Source of the DNA: a virus
DNA: 64,000 bases
Virus record (IMG/VR): IMGVR_UViG_3300025030_000062
Coordinates: 1-64,000 of that record
Strand: one strand, 5' to 3'
The notes under the pieces are model-generated. The model was given only the letters and a program-made list of their open reading frames with translations, made no database searches and had not been told where the DNA came from. Numbering within the stretch: position 1 is the first letter of the stretch; each line of letters begins with the position of its first letter. This document shows positions 17,280-27,513 of the stretch, piece by piece. The position numbers and the translations under genes are program-made.

Positions 17280-18253
17280 TTCTGATCCAGAAGTGTTTGA
17301 TGATACTACACCGCCTGCGTGGTTAGTAAGCACAGCGTTTAAATGGTGGTTTGACGACTACGTATGTAAACTACCGGTAGGAGGTAGTATATCTTCAGAC
17401 TTTCGGTTAATAAGCAGAGTGAAGTAACTAAAAGGAGAAACAAATGACTCATCACAAATGCAACTGGATAGCGAACAGTGGTAGAGGCGGCAAACCTGAA
17501 TTTAGGTACAACGCTCAAATGAGCAATCAACCAATTATGCATGTTAATTGTTCTGTTTGTAATGCTAGAACTTGGCTTACTGAAGAACAGTGGGAGGCGT
17601 TGAAGAAATGAGCGAGCTTAAATGGTGGAATGATCCTGAAGTAAAGAAGATGTATGCTGTAGGCCAGAACATGCGAGGTGTTGCCGATGATGGGCAAGTT
17701 AATGGCTGGATGTTAGAAGGTTTGTTTGAGACTGAACAAGAAGCTGTTGAGCATTGCTTGAATGATTGCTATTTTGTAGTTCCCGTTCCTATAGGTTTAA
17801 TGACTGGTACTCAATTGCCGGATGGCATTTGGTGGCCGCGTTTGCAGACTAAAGAAGAAGGTCAAGTTGAGCTTGAATTGTTTAGAGCTAAAGGTCATGA
17901 AATTGAATATGTTAAACCTTTGAACGAATGTAAGGAGAACACAAATGACTAGACCTGAAGCTCACGTTTTACTAGGTTATCTGAAACGCTACAGAACTGA
18001 GCATATCACTTGTGCTCGCAAGTATGATGTTGCTTCTGAAATGATTGCTGAAGTAATGGATATGTTGAACCAGCAAGGCGGGTTAGCTACTGGTAATTAT
18101 TGCGATAAAGAAACTGTTGAAACATTCGCTTTTAATGTTCAAGGAACTGTGACTAAACGATTAGGTGATATGACTGAACCTCAACTTGCTGAGTTCATCG
18201 TTAAAACAGTACAAGAAAGCATCGCCCGTAACGCTCTGCATCCTGACTTCTGA
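17248..18253 (+). CDS. Run of four small hypothetical ORFs (17248-17427, 17444-17611, 17608-17952, 17945-18253)
   Basis: RBS motifs and overlapping start/stop coupling. Confidence 0.55.
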
Positions 18254-18395
18254 ATTAAAATCCTCCAATGCTCAATAATATCTAATAAAGCCCTTGACTC
18301 TAGATAGCTGCATGTGATATTTACACTCACAATAGCAACAAAGGCTTTCTCGCATGTCGGGGAGAAAGCCTTAAGACGGTAAACCCAAAAGGTGT

Positions 18396-18596
18396 GTGAC
18401 CGCATTGACAAAAGAAAAACTCCTTTCATTTCTGCCTAGTTTTAGCGACGTACTGTTTTTCATCGGTGCTGCGCTACTCTTCTACGGTACCTACCTTCTT
18501 AGTCCTGCTATCGCATTTATCCTTTTAGGTTGCATATTTATGGCTCCTGGTGTTGCAGGAGTTGTTAGAACTGTTAAGCCAGTGGTGCCTGAATGA
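18396..18596 (+). CDS. Small two-TM protein preceding the portal
   Basis: Two hydrophobic helices; coupled to the portal start. Confidence 0.65.
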   Translation: MTALTKEKLLSFLPSFSDVLFFIGAALLFYGTYLLSPAIAFILLGCIFMAPGVAGVVRTVKPVVPE

Positions 18597-19912
18597 AATG
18601 GCTCAATCGGCTCTTTGAAACACGTTCGTCTGTTCAGCCGTCTTTGCTTGTCGGTGATCCTGCACTATCAGGTTACTTCGGCGGTTCACCTAATACTGCT
18701 TCTAGTCAGACCGTTAACGCTGAAACAGCCGTAAAGATTTCTACGGTGTCTGCTTGTGTTAATCGTAAAGCACTGACTCTTGCAATGCTTCCTTTGCACG
18801 TAATGCAGGAATTACCTGAAGGTGGTCATAAAGTAGCTAAGAATCATCGGCTTTATAAGCAAATGCATGATAAGCCTAATGATTGGCAAACGTCTTTTGA
18901 TTGGCGTTATATGGGCCAAGCTCATAAGATGTTGCGTGGTAACTTTTATAACTACATTCAGTCTACGCCTGGGCGTGGCATTAATCAGTTAATCCCTTTG
19001 CACCCTGATAGAGTGTTTCCGTTTGTGATCACTCCTGAAGGCGCAACGTACTTTATGTATGATAATTCGCCTACTCCGCCGCGTGGTTCAAAACTTTACT
19101 ATCAGTATTTCCCGGTAACAGGACAAAGCGAGATATTCACTGCGAAAGAGATTTTGCATATTAAAGGCTATAGCGACAATGGTATTGTGGGCAAAACTGT
19201 AGTCAAATTGATGGCTGAATCTGTCGGCCTTGCAATGGCAATGGAAGAGCAAGCAGCAAGGCTATTTACTAATGGTGCTCAAATAGCAAAAGTATTTAAG
19301 CACCCGGCTAAACTTGATGATCCTGCTTTTGATAGATTGAAAGCTCAGTTGGATAAATACACTGGTGTTGGAAATACTGGTAAAACTATTATCCTTGAAA
19401 ACGGCATGGACATAAGTAGTTTGAGTATGACTATGCAAGACAGTCAGTTTTTAGAGAATCGAAAGTTTCAGGTAGAAGATATTTGTAGCCATTTGGACGT
19501 ACCGATGATGCTGATTCATCGTTCCGGTGATAAGAATCAAACCTTTGCAAGCGCCGAAGTAGTAATGCAAATGTTTATTACTTTGAACATGCAACCGGAG
19601 TTTGAGAATTGGGAACAACGTCTGAAAATGGATTTGATGTACGACTCTGAAAAGGATTATTACTTCAACTTTGACTTTAATGCTTTGATGCGCGGCGACA
19701 TGGCTGCACAGGCTGCTTACAACAAGTCGAGGTTTGAAACTGCTTCTTGGTCGCCTAATGATATTCGCCGTAACAGTGGTGAAAGTCCTGACAATAGACC
19801 TGAATCCAATGAGGTATATGTTCCGTCAGGTATCTTCCCTGCGAGGTTGGCAGGTAGTCAGTTTAATAAAGGGCCTACAGAACCTAAAGAACCTTCCGCA
19901 ACAAAGGAGTGA
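18593..19912 (+). CDS. Portal protein, HK97 family
   Basis: KPNDWQTSFDW, LRGNFY, LIPLHPDRV, EILHIK, ILENGM, DSQFLENRKFQVEDI. Confidence 0.95.
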   Translation: MKWLNRLFETRSSVQPSLLVGDPALSGYFGGSPNTASSQTVNAETAVKISTVSACVNRKALTLAMLPLHVMQELPEGGHKVAKNHRLYKQMHDKPNDWQTSFDWRYMGQAHKMLRGNFYNYIQSTPGRGINQLIPLHPDRVFPFVITPEGATYFMYDNSPTPPRGSKLYYQYFPVTGQSEIFTAKEILHIKGYSDNGIVGKTVVKLMAESVGLAMAMEEQAARLFTNGAQIAKVFKHPAKLDDPAFDRLKAQLDKYTGVGNTGKTIILENGMDISSLSMTMQDSQFLENRKFQVEDICSHLDVPMMLIHRSGDKNQTFASAEVVMQMFITLNMQPEFENWEQRLKMDLMYDSEKDYYFNFDFNALMRGDMAAQAAYNKSRFETASWSPNDIRRNSGESPDNRPESNEVYVPSGIFPARLAGSQFNKGPTEPKEPSATKE

Positions 19913-19915
19913 TAT

Positions 19916-20683
19916 ATGGAAATTGAAAGACGAACTAATACTGTTGAACTCCGCGTTGCTGTCAAGGCTGATAAACCTGTAATTGAAGGTTACGGTGCTA
20001 AGTTTAGAACTCTTAGCGAGCCTATGCCGATTATCAGGGACGGGGAGAAGATTGGTACTTTCCGTGAGCAACTTATGCCTGGATGCTTTGCTAGTGCAAT
20101 TCCTGTGTCTGATATCCGCTCGCTGTTTAACCATGACCCGAACCTGATCTTAGGCCGTACCGCTTCCGGTACTATGGTTGTTAGTGAAGATGAAACTGGA
20201 CTTTGTTTTGAAGTTGATCCTCCTGATACAACTTATGCTCGTAATTTACAAGTTTCAATGAGTAGAGGGGATATCACACAATGTTCGTTCGGTTTCAACG
20301 TTGCTGAAGGTGGTGATACTTACACCAAAGATACTGCAAATCCTGGCGCTTGGATTAGGTCTATTCATCGTGTAGCAAAGCTTTATGACGTTTCTCCTGT
20401 AACGTATCCGGCTTATGTTGATACTCAGTGTGCAGTGCGCTCGCTGCTCAATGAAATTAAGACTGAAGAAACTGAGCATGAAAAGCGCGTTGCTGCTGAA
20501 CTGGCTGAAGAACAACGCAAAGCCGACGAAGCAACTGCCGCACTTGAAGAAGAACAGCGTGTCGCTGCTGAACTTGCCGAAAAAGAAGAAGTTGAGCGCG
20601 TAGTTGAAGAACAAAGAAAAGCTCAGATTGAAACTGATAATGCAAAAGCAAGATTGAGACTGCTTGAACTGGAAATGAATTAA
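19916..20683 (+). CDS. HK97-type prohead protease with a charged C-terminal tail
   Basis: FREQLMPGCF, LFNHDPN, CSFGF, DVSPVTYPAY. Confidence 0.95.
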   Translation: MEIERRTNTVELRVAVKADKPVIEGYGAKFRTLSEPMPIIRDGEKIGTFREQLMPGCFASAIPVSDIRSLFNHDPNLILGRTASGTMVVSEDETGLCFEVDPPDTTYARNLQVSMSRGDITQCSFGFNVAEGGDTYTKDTANPGAWIRSIHRVAKLYDVSPVTYPAYVDTQCAVRSLLNEIKTEETEHEKRVAAELAEEQRKADEATAALEEEQRVAAELAEKEEVERVVEEQRKAQIETDNAKARLRLLELEMN

Positions 20684-20750
20684 CAAGGCTGTGTAAGCCC
20701 AAACCCCGCAACACGCTACCGACAAAGACCGGAGCGAAAGGAGAAGCAAA

Positions 20751-21971
20751 ATGGCTAAGAATCTGAAAGAACTCCGCGATCTTCGTGGAAAGGCGTTTGC
20801 CGACGCAAGGGCTATTCTTGACCGCGCTGAAAAGGAAAATCGCGCAAGGAATGAAGATGAAATTCGTCAGTATGACGCTTTCATTGCCGATGTGGACCGT
20901 CTGAAGAAAGACATTGAAGACGAAGAACGCGCACAGGAGCTTGAGCGTGAAATGGCCGCTGAAGCTGTTAGAAACACTCCTGAGCAGCGTCAGGGTAATC
21001 CTGGTGAAGAAGCTCGCTCTGCTGCTTTCCGCAAATTTGTGCTGAACGGTAATGGTGGTCTGAACGCTGAAGAGACTCGTGCGCTGACTGCCGGTACTGA
21101 CACTCAGGGCGGTTTCATCATGACTCCGCAAACCTTCATTGCTCAGTTGATTGCCAACGTGAAGGATATGGTTTTCATGCGTAAGCTGGCAACCATCATT
21201 CCGCTGAATGAAGCGGCATCTTGCGGCGTTCCCACCCTGGATTCCGATGTTGGCGATTCTGATTGGACTCCTGAAGTCAAGACTGTGACTGAAGACACCG
21301 GGCTTGCTTTCGGTAAGCGTGAACTGTCTCCCCACATGCTTACCAAGCTGGTGAAAATCAGTAATAAGCTGCTTCGCAATGCCGCTCTGAATCCTGAATC
21401 CATTGTCAATGATCGTATGGGTTATAAGTTTGGTATTGCAATGGAGAAAGCTTACCTTACTGGTGATGGGGTAGGCAAACCTCTCGGCGTGTTCACAGCT
21501 TCTGCTGATGGTATTCCGACTTCCAGGGACGTTGCAATGGCTGCTGGTAACACTACTGCAATGACCGCAGATGGTCTTATTGCTACCAAGTACAGCCTGA
21601 AAGCTCCTTATATGACTAAAGCACAGTGGCTGTTCCATCGTGACGCAATTTCTCAGATTGCTCAGCTGAAAGATGGTAACGGTAACTACATTTTCAAATT
21701 GGCTGAAAAAGCAGATGTCCCTGATATGCTGCTTGGTAGGCCGCTGATTATGTCTGAGTACGTGCCGAATACCTTTACTGCTTCTCAGTATGTGGGCATG
21801 TTCGCTGACTTCTCGAATTACTGGATTGCTGATTCGCTTGCACTTCAGTTCATGCGTCTGAATGAACTGTATGCTGTGAACAATCAGGTTGGTTTTATTG
21901 CTCGCCTTGAAACTGACGGTATGCCGGTACTGGCTGAATCCTTCTCCCGTATCAAACTGGCTGCTTCCTAA
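20751..21971 (+). CDS. Major capsid protein, HK97 fold, with N-terminal delta domain
   Basis: Coiled-coil N-terminus; GGFIMTPQ, ISNKLLRN, LTGDGVGKPLG, LKDGNGNYI, LLGRP, FADFSNY. Confidence 0.95.
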   Translation: MAKNLKELRDLRGKAFADARAILDRAEKENRARNEDEIRQYDAFIADVDRLKKDIEDEERAQELEREMAAEAVRNTPEQRQGNPGEEARSAAFRKFVLNGNGGLNAEETRALTAGTDTQGGFIMTPQTFIAQLIANVKDMVFMRKLATIIPLNEAASCGVPTLDSDVGDSDWTPEVKTVTEDTGLAFGKRELSPHMLTKLVKISNKLLRNAALNPESIVNDRMGYKFGIAMEKAYLTGDGVGKPLGVFTASADGIPTSRDVAMAAGNTTAMTADGLIATKYSLKAPYMTKAQWLFHRDAISQIAQLKDGNGNYIFKLAEKADVPDMLLGRPLIMSEYVPNTFTASQYVGMFADFSNYWIADSLALQFMRLNELYAVNNQVGFIARLETDGMPVLAESFSRIKLAAS

Positions 21972-22039
21972 TCGAAGCAGTAATGAACTGACAACTTAAC
22001 TTAAGCCCCTCTTAACCGAGGGGCTACAAGGAGAAAGCT

Positions 22040-22489
22040 ATGAATCTTAGCAAAAACGTGAAAGTCACTCAGGTGCTCGGCTACTACGCTGCCGGTACTA
22101 CTGCGCGAAAGGCCGATATCATTGATATGGCTAACTATGATGGTGTCATGTTCATCTACGAACTTGGCACTACCATTGAAAACGGCACTGTCGATTGCTT
22201 TGTTAGCGGTGATGCTGCTAATAGCACTTCCGCTATGACTAGGCTGAAAACCACTACCGCTCACACCATTACTGCCGCTAACGCGGCTCTTGCAAAGTCC
22301 TGCATTGTGGTTGATGTGTTTCAGCCTGATCCGGTGCTTCATCGGTATCTCGAAGCACAGCTTACCCCGGCTGTGAGCAACGCTGTAATCCTGGGTATTA
22401 CTGCTATCCAGTACAACGGGCGCGTACATCCTGATACTCAGCCTGCTTCCACTCTGAAATCCACCTTCCTTCAGTCTCCTGAAGAGTAA
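22040..22489 (+). CDS. Putative capsid decoration/virion protein
   Basis: Follows the MCP; IDMANYDGVMF; capsid-like codon usage. Confidence 0.6.
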   Translation: MNLSKNVKVTQVLGYYAAGTTARKADIIDMANYDGVMFIYELGTTIENGTVDCFVSGDAANSTSAMTRLKTTTAHTITAANAALAKSCIVVDVFQPDPVLHRYLEAQLTPAVSNAVILGITAIQYNGRVHPDTQPASTLKSTFLQSPEE

Positions 22490-22537
22490 TCTGAACTGAC
22501 AGGGGCGGTGTAACAGCCGCCCCTTAAAGGAGAACTT

Positions 22538-23147
22538 ATGTCTTACAATGCTAAGGTTTACATGAAACAGGGCGGCAATGAGCTTGTTGTGAAAGCAGGT
22601 GGCAAGATTACTGCTAACGGCACTCAGGCGACTCACCTCACTGCTCTCAAAGTTGATTATACAACTGGTGATCTTGACGCTGAATCTGAAGTTATTACGG
22701 CGATTAATGCTACTAATACTCGAATTAACGCCATTGTTGCCGCGCTAGAAGGTGTTGGTATTTACGCTGCTAGCTAATTCGTTCTGAAAGGACTTTGAAA
22801 TGCGAATCCGAATGAACACAACTAAGTGCGGTCCTGTTACAACAGAAAACTGGAACGAAGGTGAGATTAAGAACGTAAGCGTTGAGGAAGCTCGCGCTTA
22901 CGTTACCTCACACCTTGCGACGGTTCTTGAGCCGTTTCCTGAAACTGCTATGCTTCGGCCTCCTGAGACTGCCGTTGTCACGTCTCCTCAGAAAGCCGTT
23001 TCTGGTCCTCCTGAGATTGCAGGGCAGGGCAAGGGTCCAGTCGCCGCGCAAACGCCGCCTGTAGGTCAACCTGCTTCGCCGGTTGCGGCTCCTGGTGCTC
23101 CGGTTGCTGGTAATCTGACTCAGCCGCCGACTTGGGGCAAGAAGTAG
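22538..23147 (+). CDS. Two small head-region ORFs (22538-22777, 22800-23147)
   Basis: RBS motifs; position in the structural operon. Confidence 0.6.
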
Positions 23148-23224
23148 AATAATGCTGAACTTACAGGCAAAGCTTCACGGTTTCGCCTGTAACTTTATCA
23201 TTGCTCTAACAATAGGAGTTTATA

Positions 23225-23482
23225 ATGATTGATAGCTATTCTTCATTCGGCAAAACACCAGTCTCGCCAATCAGAACCGCCGTTGCTGTAACGCCTCATG
23301 ACACGAATGAACTTGCTCAAGTCAGTAGAATCTTTGTTGGTGTTGCAGGTAACATCTCAGTTATTCTCGCCGATGATAGTTCAGCCGTAACATTCAAAGG
23401 TGTTCAAGGCTTTCTCCCAATGCTAGTTAAACAGGTTAGAGCTACAGGAACTACAGCAACTGATATTGTCGCTTGTAGGTAG
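23225..23482 (+). CDS. Head spike base protein (RcGTA Rcc01079-like)
   Basis: AVTPHDTNEL...RIFVGVAGNISV...VTFKGV...VKQVRATGTTATDIVA. Confidence 0.75.
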   Translation: MIDSYSSFGKTPVSPIRTAVAVTPHDTNELAQVSRIFVGVAGNISVILADDSSAVTFKGVQGFLPMLVKQVRATGTTATDIVACR

Positions 23483-23577
23483 CATTAGAAAATTGTAAGA
23501 AACCACTTTCGCCTTGATTATTACCATTCTTTTATGTTACAGAAGACCGCAGCAAGCAGCTTTCAGGGGTAAACCGA

Positions 23578-24204
23578 ATGGTACTTAAACAAATCACAGC
23601 GCCTTTGACTGAACCAGTGACTATTGAAGAGGTTTGTGGTCAGATTCGCATTGGTGATTTGTCTGAAGAAGTTGCTACGGTTAACCTTTTTATTGCTGCT
23701 ATTAGAGAGCAAGCGGAAGCTATGACTAGGCGAGCACTGATTACTCAGGAATGGGAACTTGTTCTTGACGGCTTTCCTGGCGGTCGAATTCCTATCACCT
23801 TACCTAAAGCACCGGTTCAAAGCATAACCTCAATTAAATATATTGATGTGAATGGTGTTGAGCAGACTCTTGATTCGATAGCTTATAGGCTGTTAGCTGA
23901 TTGTGAACCTTCTGATGTAATTCCTGCTTACGGAATAAGCTGGCCTGCTACTCGTTGTGATAAAGCTGTTGTGCGTGTTAGATTTAAGTGTGGATACGGG
24001 CCGCTTGCTTCAGATGATCCTGAAGACCCTGATAAAGTGATGCCTAACAACGTTCCTAATGGGATTAAACAATGGATGTTGTTGAATATCGGCTCACTTT
24101 ATAGCAACAGAGAAAGTGTAATCGTTGAAGGTAAGCTTAGCCTTATTGAACTAACTACGCTTGCTGACGGGCTGATTGTTAATTACAGGTTGCCTAGACT
24201 ATGA
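23578..24204 (+). CDS. Head-tail connector (adaptor)
   Basis: PLTEPVTIEEV, RALITQEWEL, PVQSITSIKY, VPNGIKQWML...YSNRE. Confidence 0.9.
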   Translation: MVLKQITAPLTEPVTIEEVCGQIRIGDLSEEVATVNLFIAAIREQAEAMTRRALITQEWELVLDGFPGGRIPITLPKAPVQSITSIKYIDVNGVEQTLDSIAYRLLADCEPSDVIPAYGISWPATRCDKAVVRVRFKCGYGPLASDDPEDPDKVMPNNVPNGIKQWMLLNIGSLYSNRESVIVEGKLSLIELTTLADGLIVNYRLPRL

Positions 24205-24527
24205 GAGCCGGAAACAGGCGACATCTTATTTCAATCGAACAACCGATTGTAACCAAAGATAAGTTCGCGGCTAATTCAGTAGAATGGCAATTGTTCAATA
24301 AAGTGTGGGCAAGCATAGAATCGCTCAAAGGGTATGAGAAAACGGTCGCTAAAGCTTCCTGGCCTACAGCGACGGTTAAGATCGGCTTTCCTTATATCAA
24401 AGGTGTATTGCCCACAATGCGAGTGACTTACGAAGGTGTAATTTACTCAATTCTTGATGTTGATGATGTTGATTTGAGGCATCGAGATATCTTTTTGGTT
24501 TGCGAAACTGGTATGAAGGGAGCTTAA
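24201..24527 (+). CDS. Head closure (stopper) protein
   Basis: MRAGNRRHLISIEQ, VWASIE, MRVTYEGVIYSI. Confidence 0.9.
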   Translation: MRAGNRRHLISIEQPIVTKDKFAANSVEWQLFNKVWASIESLKGYEKTVAKASWPTATVKIGFPYIKGVLPTMRVTYEGVIYSILDVDDVDLRHRDIFLVCETGMKGA

Positions 24528-24770
24528 ATGTCATCGGGTTTTGATGTTAAAAGAGATGTGAAAGCTACCGACAAGCAAATTAGTGTGGAAGAACTCGGGC
24601 GAAAGCTTTGCAAGTTATTCCATTTGCCTAAGAATACTACATCGTTTGAGCTTAAAGTTGAGTATGCCAAACCGATAATCATCAAATGTGAATACTACCC
24701 TGAAGATAAAGATTTGCAAGGTATTGGACTGGTTACTGCTGAGTTTGAACTTATTGAGCGTGTTAAGTGA
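24528..24770 (+). CDS. Hypothetical protein
   Basis: Coupled between neck genes. Confidence 0.55.
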   Translation: MSSGFDVKRDVKATDKQISVEELGRKLCKLFHLPKNTTSFELKVEYAKPIIIKCEYYPEDKDLQGIGLVTAEFELIERVK

Positions 24771-25192
24771 CAGTCGAAGAAAAAATAGCAGCAATTCTAA
24801 CGCCTGTGTTTGGTGATGAACTATATCCTGTAGTTCATCCTGATCCAGATGGCTTAGAAAACAGCGTGTCTAACCTTTACGCTGTTTATACCAAGATTGG
24901 CGGTAGAAGATTCGGTAGCTTAGAAGGTGATGGGAGTTTAAGGCGAACTAGAGTTCAGGTTTCGATTTACTCTACTAGCTACGGTGAGTTGAAAGCTAAA
25001 GAATCTGAAATAGAAGCTGCTATGCTGGCTGCAAATGTTCTAGCTGGTCAGACTATTGATGCCGGTAATGATCCTCTCGAAGTTTTGTTGGCTCTGCCGA
25101 ATGTTGCTGTTGCTGAGCCGACTGATGATTATGAACCTGATACAAAGCGATTTGCGCTTCATTCGGAGTGGTATTGTTGGTGTCGTTCGTAG
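24767..25192 (+). CDS. Tail terminator (DUF3168-like)
   Basis: YAVYTKIGG, RVQVSIYSTSY, DYEPDTKRF; position. Confidence 0.8.
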   Translation: MTVEEKIAAILTPVFGDELYPVVHPDPDGLENSVSNLYAVYTKIGGRRFGSLEGDGSLRRTRVQVSIYSTSYGELKAKESEIEAAMLAANVLAGQTIDAGNDPLEVLLALPNVAVAEPTDDYEPDTKRFALHSEWYCWCRS

Positions 25193-25223
25193 AATAAACC
25201 TATTTGTTCACCAGGAGGTAACG

Positions 25224-25448
25224 ATGCCAGAAATCGGTGCTGTTGTATGGGCAGGAATAGCCGGATTAATTTTAGTTATGCTTACTATCATTGGCTATTT
25301 GATTAAAACTGGTTTCGATGGAATTATGGCTGAATTAAAGACAATATGGGCTAAGATTGAGGCACATCAAGTAGCAGCAACCGAAAATGCATTGGCTATC
25401 AGAGAAATTAATGCTAGGTGTGAGGAACGGCATAAACAACATCACTGA
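25224..25448 (+). CDS. Small single-TM protein (holin/antiholin candidate)
   Basis: AGGAGG RBS; N-terminal TM plus coiled coil. Confidence 0.5.
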   Translation: MPEIGAVVWAGIAGLILVMLTIIGYLIKTGFDGIMAELKTIWAKIEAHQVAATENALAIREINARCEERHKQHH

Positions 25449-25514
25449 TTCATTAACAATCAATAGTTTGAGCAAAGGGTTCAAACTTCATAAGTTCAAA
25501 AAGGAGAACAAACT

Positions 25515-26168
25515 ATGTCTATCAACGCTCAGTTGGCTCAGTTGACCAAATTCTACATCGCCGGAACTGCTAGTGGTGCAAAGACCATTACAGCCGGTGC
25601 CGCAGGATTCCCCACAATTCTTACTTCGGCTGCTCATGGGCTTGCCAATGGTGACGTGGTAGCAATTGCTTCCATTACCGGCACTATGGGTACTGATGCA
25701 ACGAACGGGCTTAATAGTAAAACCTTTGTTGCTCAGAACGTAACTACCAACACCTTCTGCATTCAGGCTAACACTACAGGTCTTACTTACACCAGTGGTG
25801 GTACAGCAACTCCTAATGCTTGGACGCAGATCAAAGAGGTTAAGGGGCTCAAGCCGTCCGGCGCAAGCTCGTCTAAGATCGATGTCACGGATTTGGATTC
25901 CGTAGCCAAAGAGTACAGAACTGGTCTCGTTGATCATGGTACATTTGGTGCTGAAATTAACATTCTTGAAAGTGATGCAGGACAGACTGCCGTACTTGCT
26001 GCGTTCACTAACTCCACTACCAATAACTACAAGATTGTTACTCCTGCTAAAACTAGAACTTTCAATGCAACTTGCACTAAGTTCCCGACTACGCCTGATG
26101 CTAGTGTAGACAACGTTCAGGTAGGCAGCATGGAGTTTCAGATTAACGGTCTGATTACCGTTTCGTAA
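25515..26168 (+). CDS. Major tail tube protein with an N-terminal beta insert
   Basis: KIDVTDLDSVAKEYRTGLVDHG; AAHGLANGDVV insert. Confidence 0.9.
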   Translation: MSINAQLAQLTKFYIAGTASGAKTITAGAAGFPTILTSAAHGLANGDVVAIASITGTMGTDATNGLNSKTFVAQNVTTNTFCIQANTTGLTYTSGGTATPNAWTQIKEVKGLKPSGASSSKIDVTDLDSVAKEYRTGLVDHGTFGAEINILESDAGQTAVLAAFTNSTTNNYKIVTPAKTRTFNATCTKFPTTPDASVDNVQVGSMEFQINGLITVS

Positions 26169-26176
26169 GTTCATTT

Positions 26177-26212
26177 AGCGGTTGCGAGTTCCAGTTAGCT
26201 CGCAACCGCTTC
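26177..26212 (+). terminator. Hairpin (terminator/stabiliser) after the tail tube gene
   Basis: AGCGGTTGCGAG...CTCGCAACCGCT. Confidence 0.6.
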
Positions 26213-26254
26213 AACTTAGTAGTTCACTCTAACAAAGAAAGGAACACAAAACAA

Positions 26255-27009
26255 ATGGTACTCGACCGTAACAGTTTGATCAATGAGGCTAGGCTTAAAA
26301 CTGAACTTGTAAAGCTTGATGAAGGTGAAGTAATTGTTTCAGAGCTTTCCGGTCCTGATTACATGAAGCTTTACACCGATCCTGCAAACAGGAAAATGGT
26401 TGACGGTGTTGAAACAATGGAAATGGGACGTTTCCAGGCCGCGCTGATTGTCTATGGCGCTGTTGATGAAAAGAATGAGCGTATCTTCAAGGACGAAGAC
26501 ATTGATGCTGTAATGCGTATGTCCAACACCGTGTTCTTTAAGTTGGCTGAAGCTGCTCGTAAAGTCAACGGTATGAGCGGCGAAGAGATAAAAAACTCCA
26601 ACGAGACGGAAGCCGACGATTCCTCTTCCGTCTCTGCTTAGAACTTGGTATAAGACATCCCGACGAACTAATTGTGGGTACGCCTATAACGCTTCTCAGG
26701 ATGCCTCTAGGGACGTGGTTTGGCAAGCCTCGGTGCCTTACCCTTACCTTACCAGGAAAAGCCGGTTTAACAGCCTCGCAGATTAACGATTGGCTTGCTT
26801 ATGATCAGATTGAACCGTTTGGTGAAATGCGAGAAGAGTTGCGGCATGGTCAAATGCTTGCATTACATCTTAATCTGAATCGTGACAGCAAGCAACGAAG
26901 TGAACCGTGGACTGCTTTGGAGTGCATGAATTATGTAGTCAAACCTCCTGAGAAGATTTATACGGTTGAAGAGTTAGAGGCTTACGCAGATAAGATATTT
27001 GGAAAGTAG
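26255..27009 (+). CDS. Tail assembly chaperone G (26255-26641) and -1 frameshift product GT (to 27009)
   Basis: Slippery A-AAA-AAC at 26590-26596; -1 frame open and reads KLQRDGSRRFLFRLCLELG...WLAYDQIEPFGE. Confidence 0.85.
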
Positions 27010-27025
27010 TGCAAAGGATTAAACA

Positions 27026-27196
27026 ATGGATAGCTTTAGTTTTTGGTTAGGTGTGTTAGCTTGTTATGTTGGGTTTGCGTTGTACTTTGTGTTTAAAAAG
27101 CGCAAGCTTAAGAGTTTTGTCATTGACGCTCGCGTTATGCAACCTGATTCTAAGTTAGCTAAGATGTTTAATAAGAGCCGCGCAAAGGTGAAGTAA
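27026..27196 (+). CDS. 56-aa membrane protein
   Basis: AAGGA RBS; N-terminal TM followed by KKRK. Confidence 0.5.
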   Translation: MDSFSFWLGVLACYVGFALYFVFKKRKLKSFVIDARVMQPDSKLAKMFNKSRAKVK

Positions 27197-27216
27197 AATG
27201 GAAGGTTAAGACGCGG

Positions 27217-27255
27217 AAATCCCGTTAGCATTAGGTTGCTAACGGGATTTGTTGT
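27217..27255. terminator. Terminator between convergent genes
   Basis: AAATCCCGTTAGCA-TTAGGT-TGCTAACGGGATTT. Confidence 0.8.
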
Positions 27256-27513
27256 TTACAGCAATTCTAGCTCAGCTTCTAGCTTGGCAATGTCTTTTTC
27301 GGTTTGAGCGATTAAGATTTGCTTTACTAGGTTAAATTCGTGTTCGGAGTCGAATTCAATAGCTTGTACGCCATCAAACACAGTTTGTATTGCAAGAGGT
27401 CTTAATTCATCGGTTTGTGTCATACCTGCTTTTTTCAATGCTCTTAAGACTTCCTTTTTACTGTATATAAGTGAGCAATATTTCTTAGCATGTTCTAAAT
27501 TTTCATATTTCAT
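27256..27513 (-). CDS. Hypothetical protein
   Basis: AAGGAG RBS; last gene of the reverse cassette. Confidence 0.65.
   Translation of the reverse strand: MKYENLEHAKKYCSLIYSKKEVLRALKKAGMTQTDELRPLAIQTVFDGVQAIEFDSEHEFNLVKQILIAQTEKDIAKLEAELELL

Noticed and set aside
20457-21638. Long antisense ORFs (also 2122-2925, 8467-9096, 22001-22636, 25488-26174)
   Set aside because: Shadow frames of strongly codon-biased genes; no RBS or recognisable motifs
5447-23072. Shared 12-14-mer TTGACCTACAG(AGG) at 5447, 9535 and (reverse) ~23060
   Set aside because: Several 14-mer coincidences are expected by chance in 64 kb; insufficient alone
22004-23195. Intergenic hairpins at ~22004, ~22501 and ~23161 as novel RNAs
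   Set aside because: Simple GC stems after highly expressed structural genes; ordinary terminators or mRNA stabilisers
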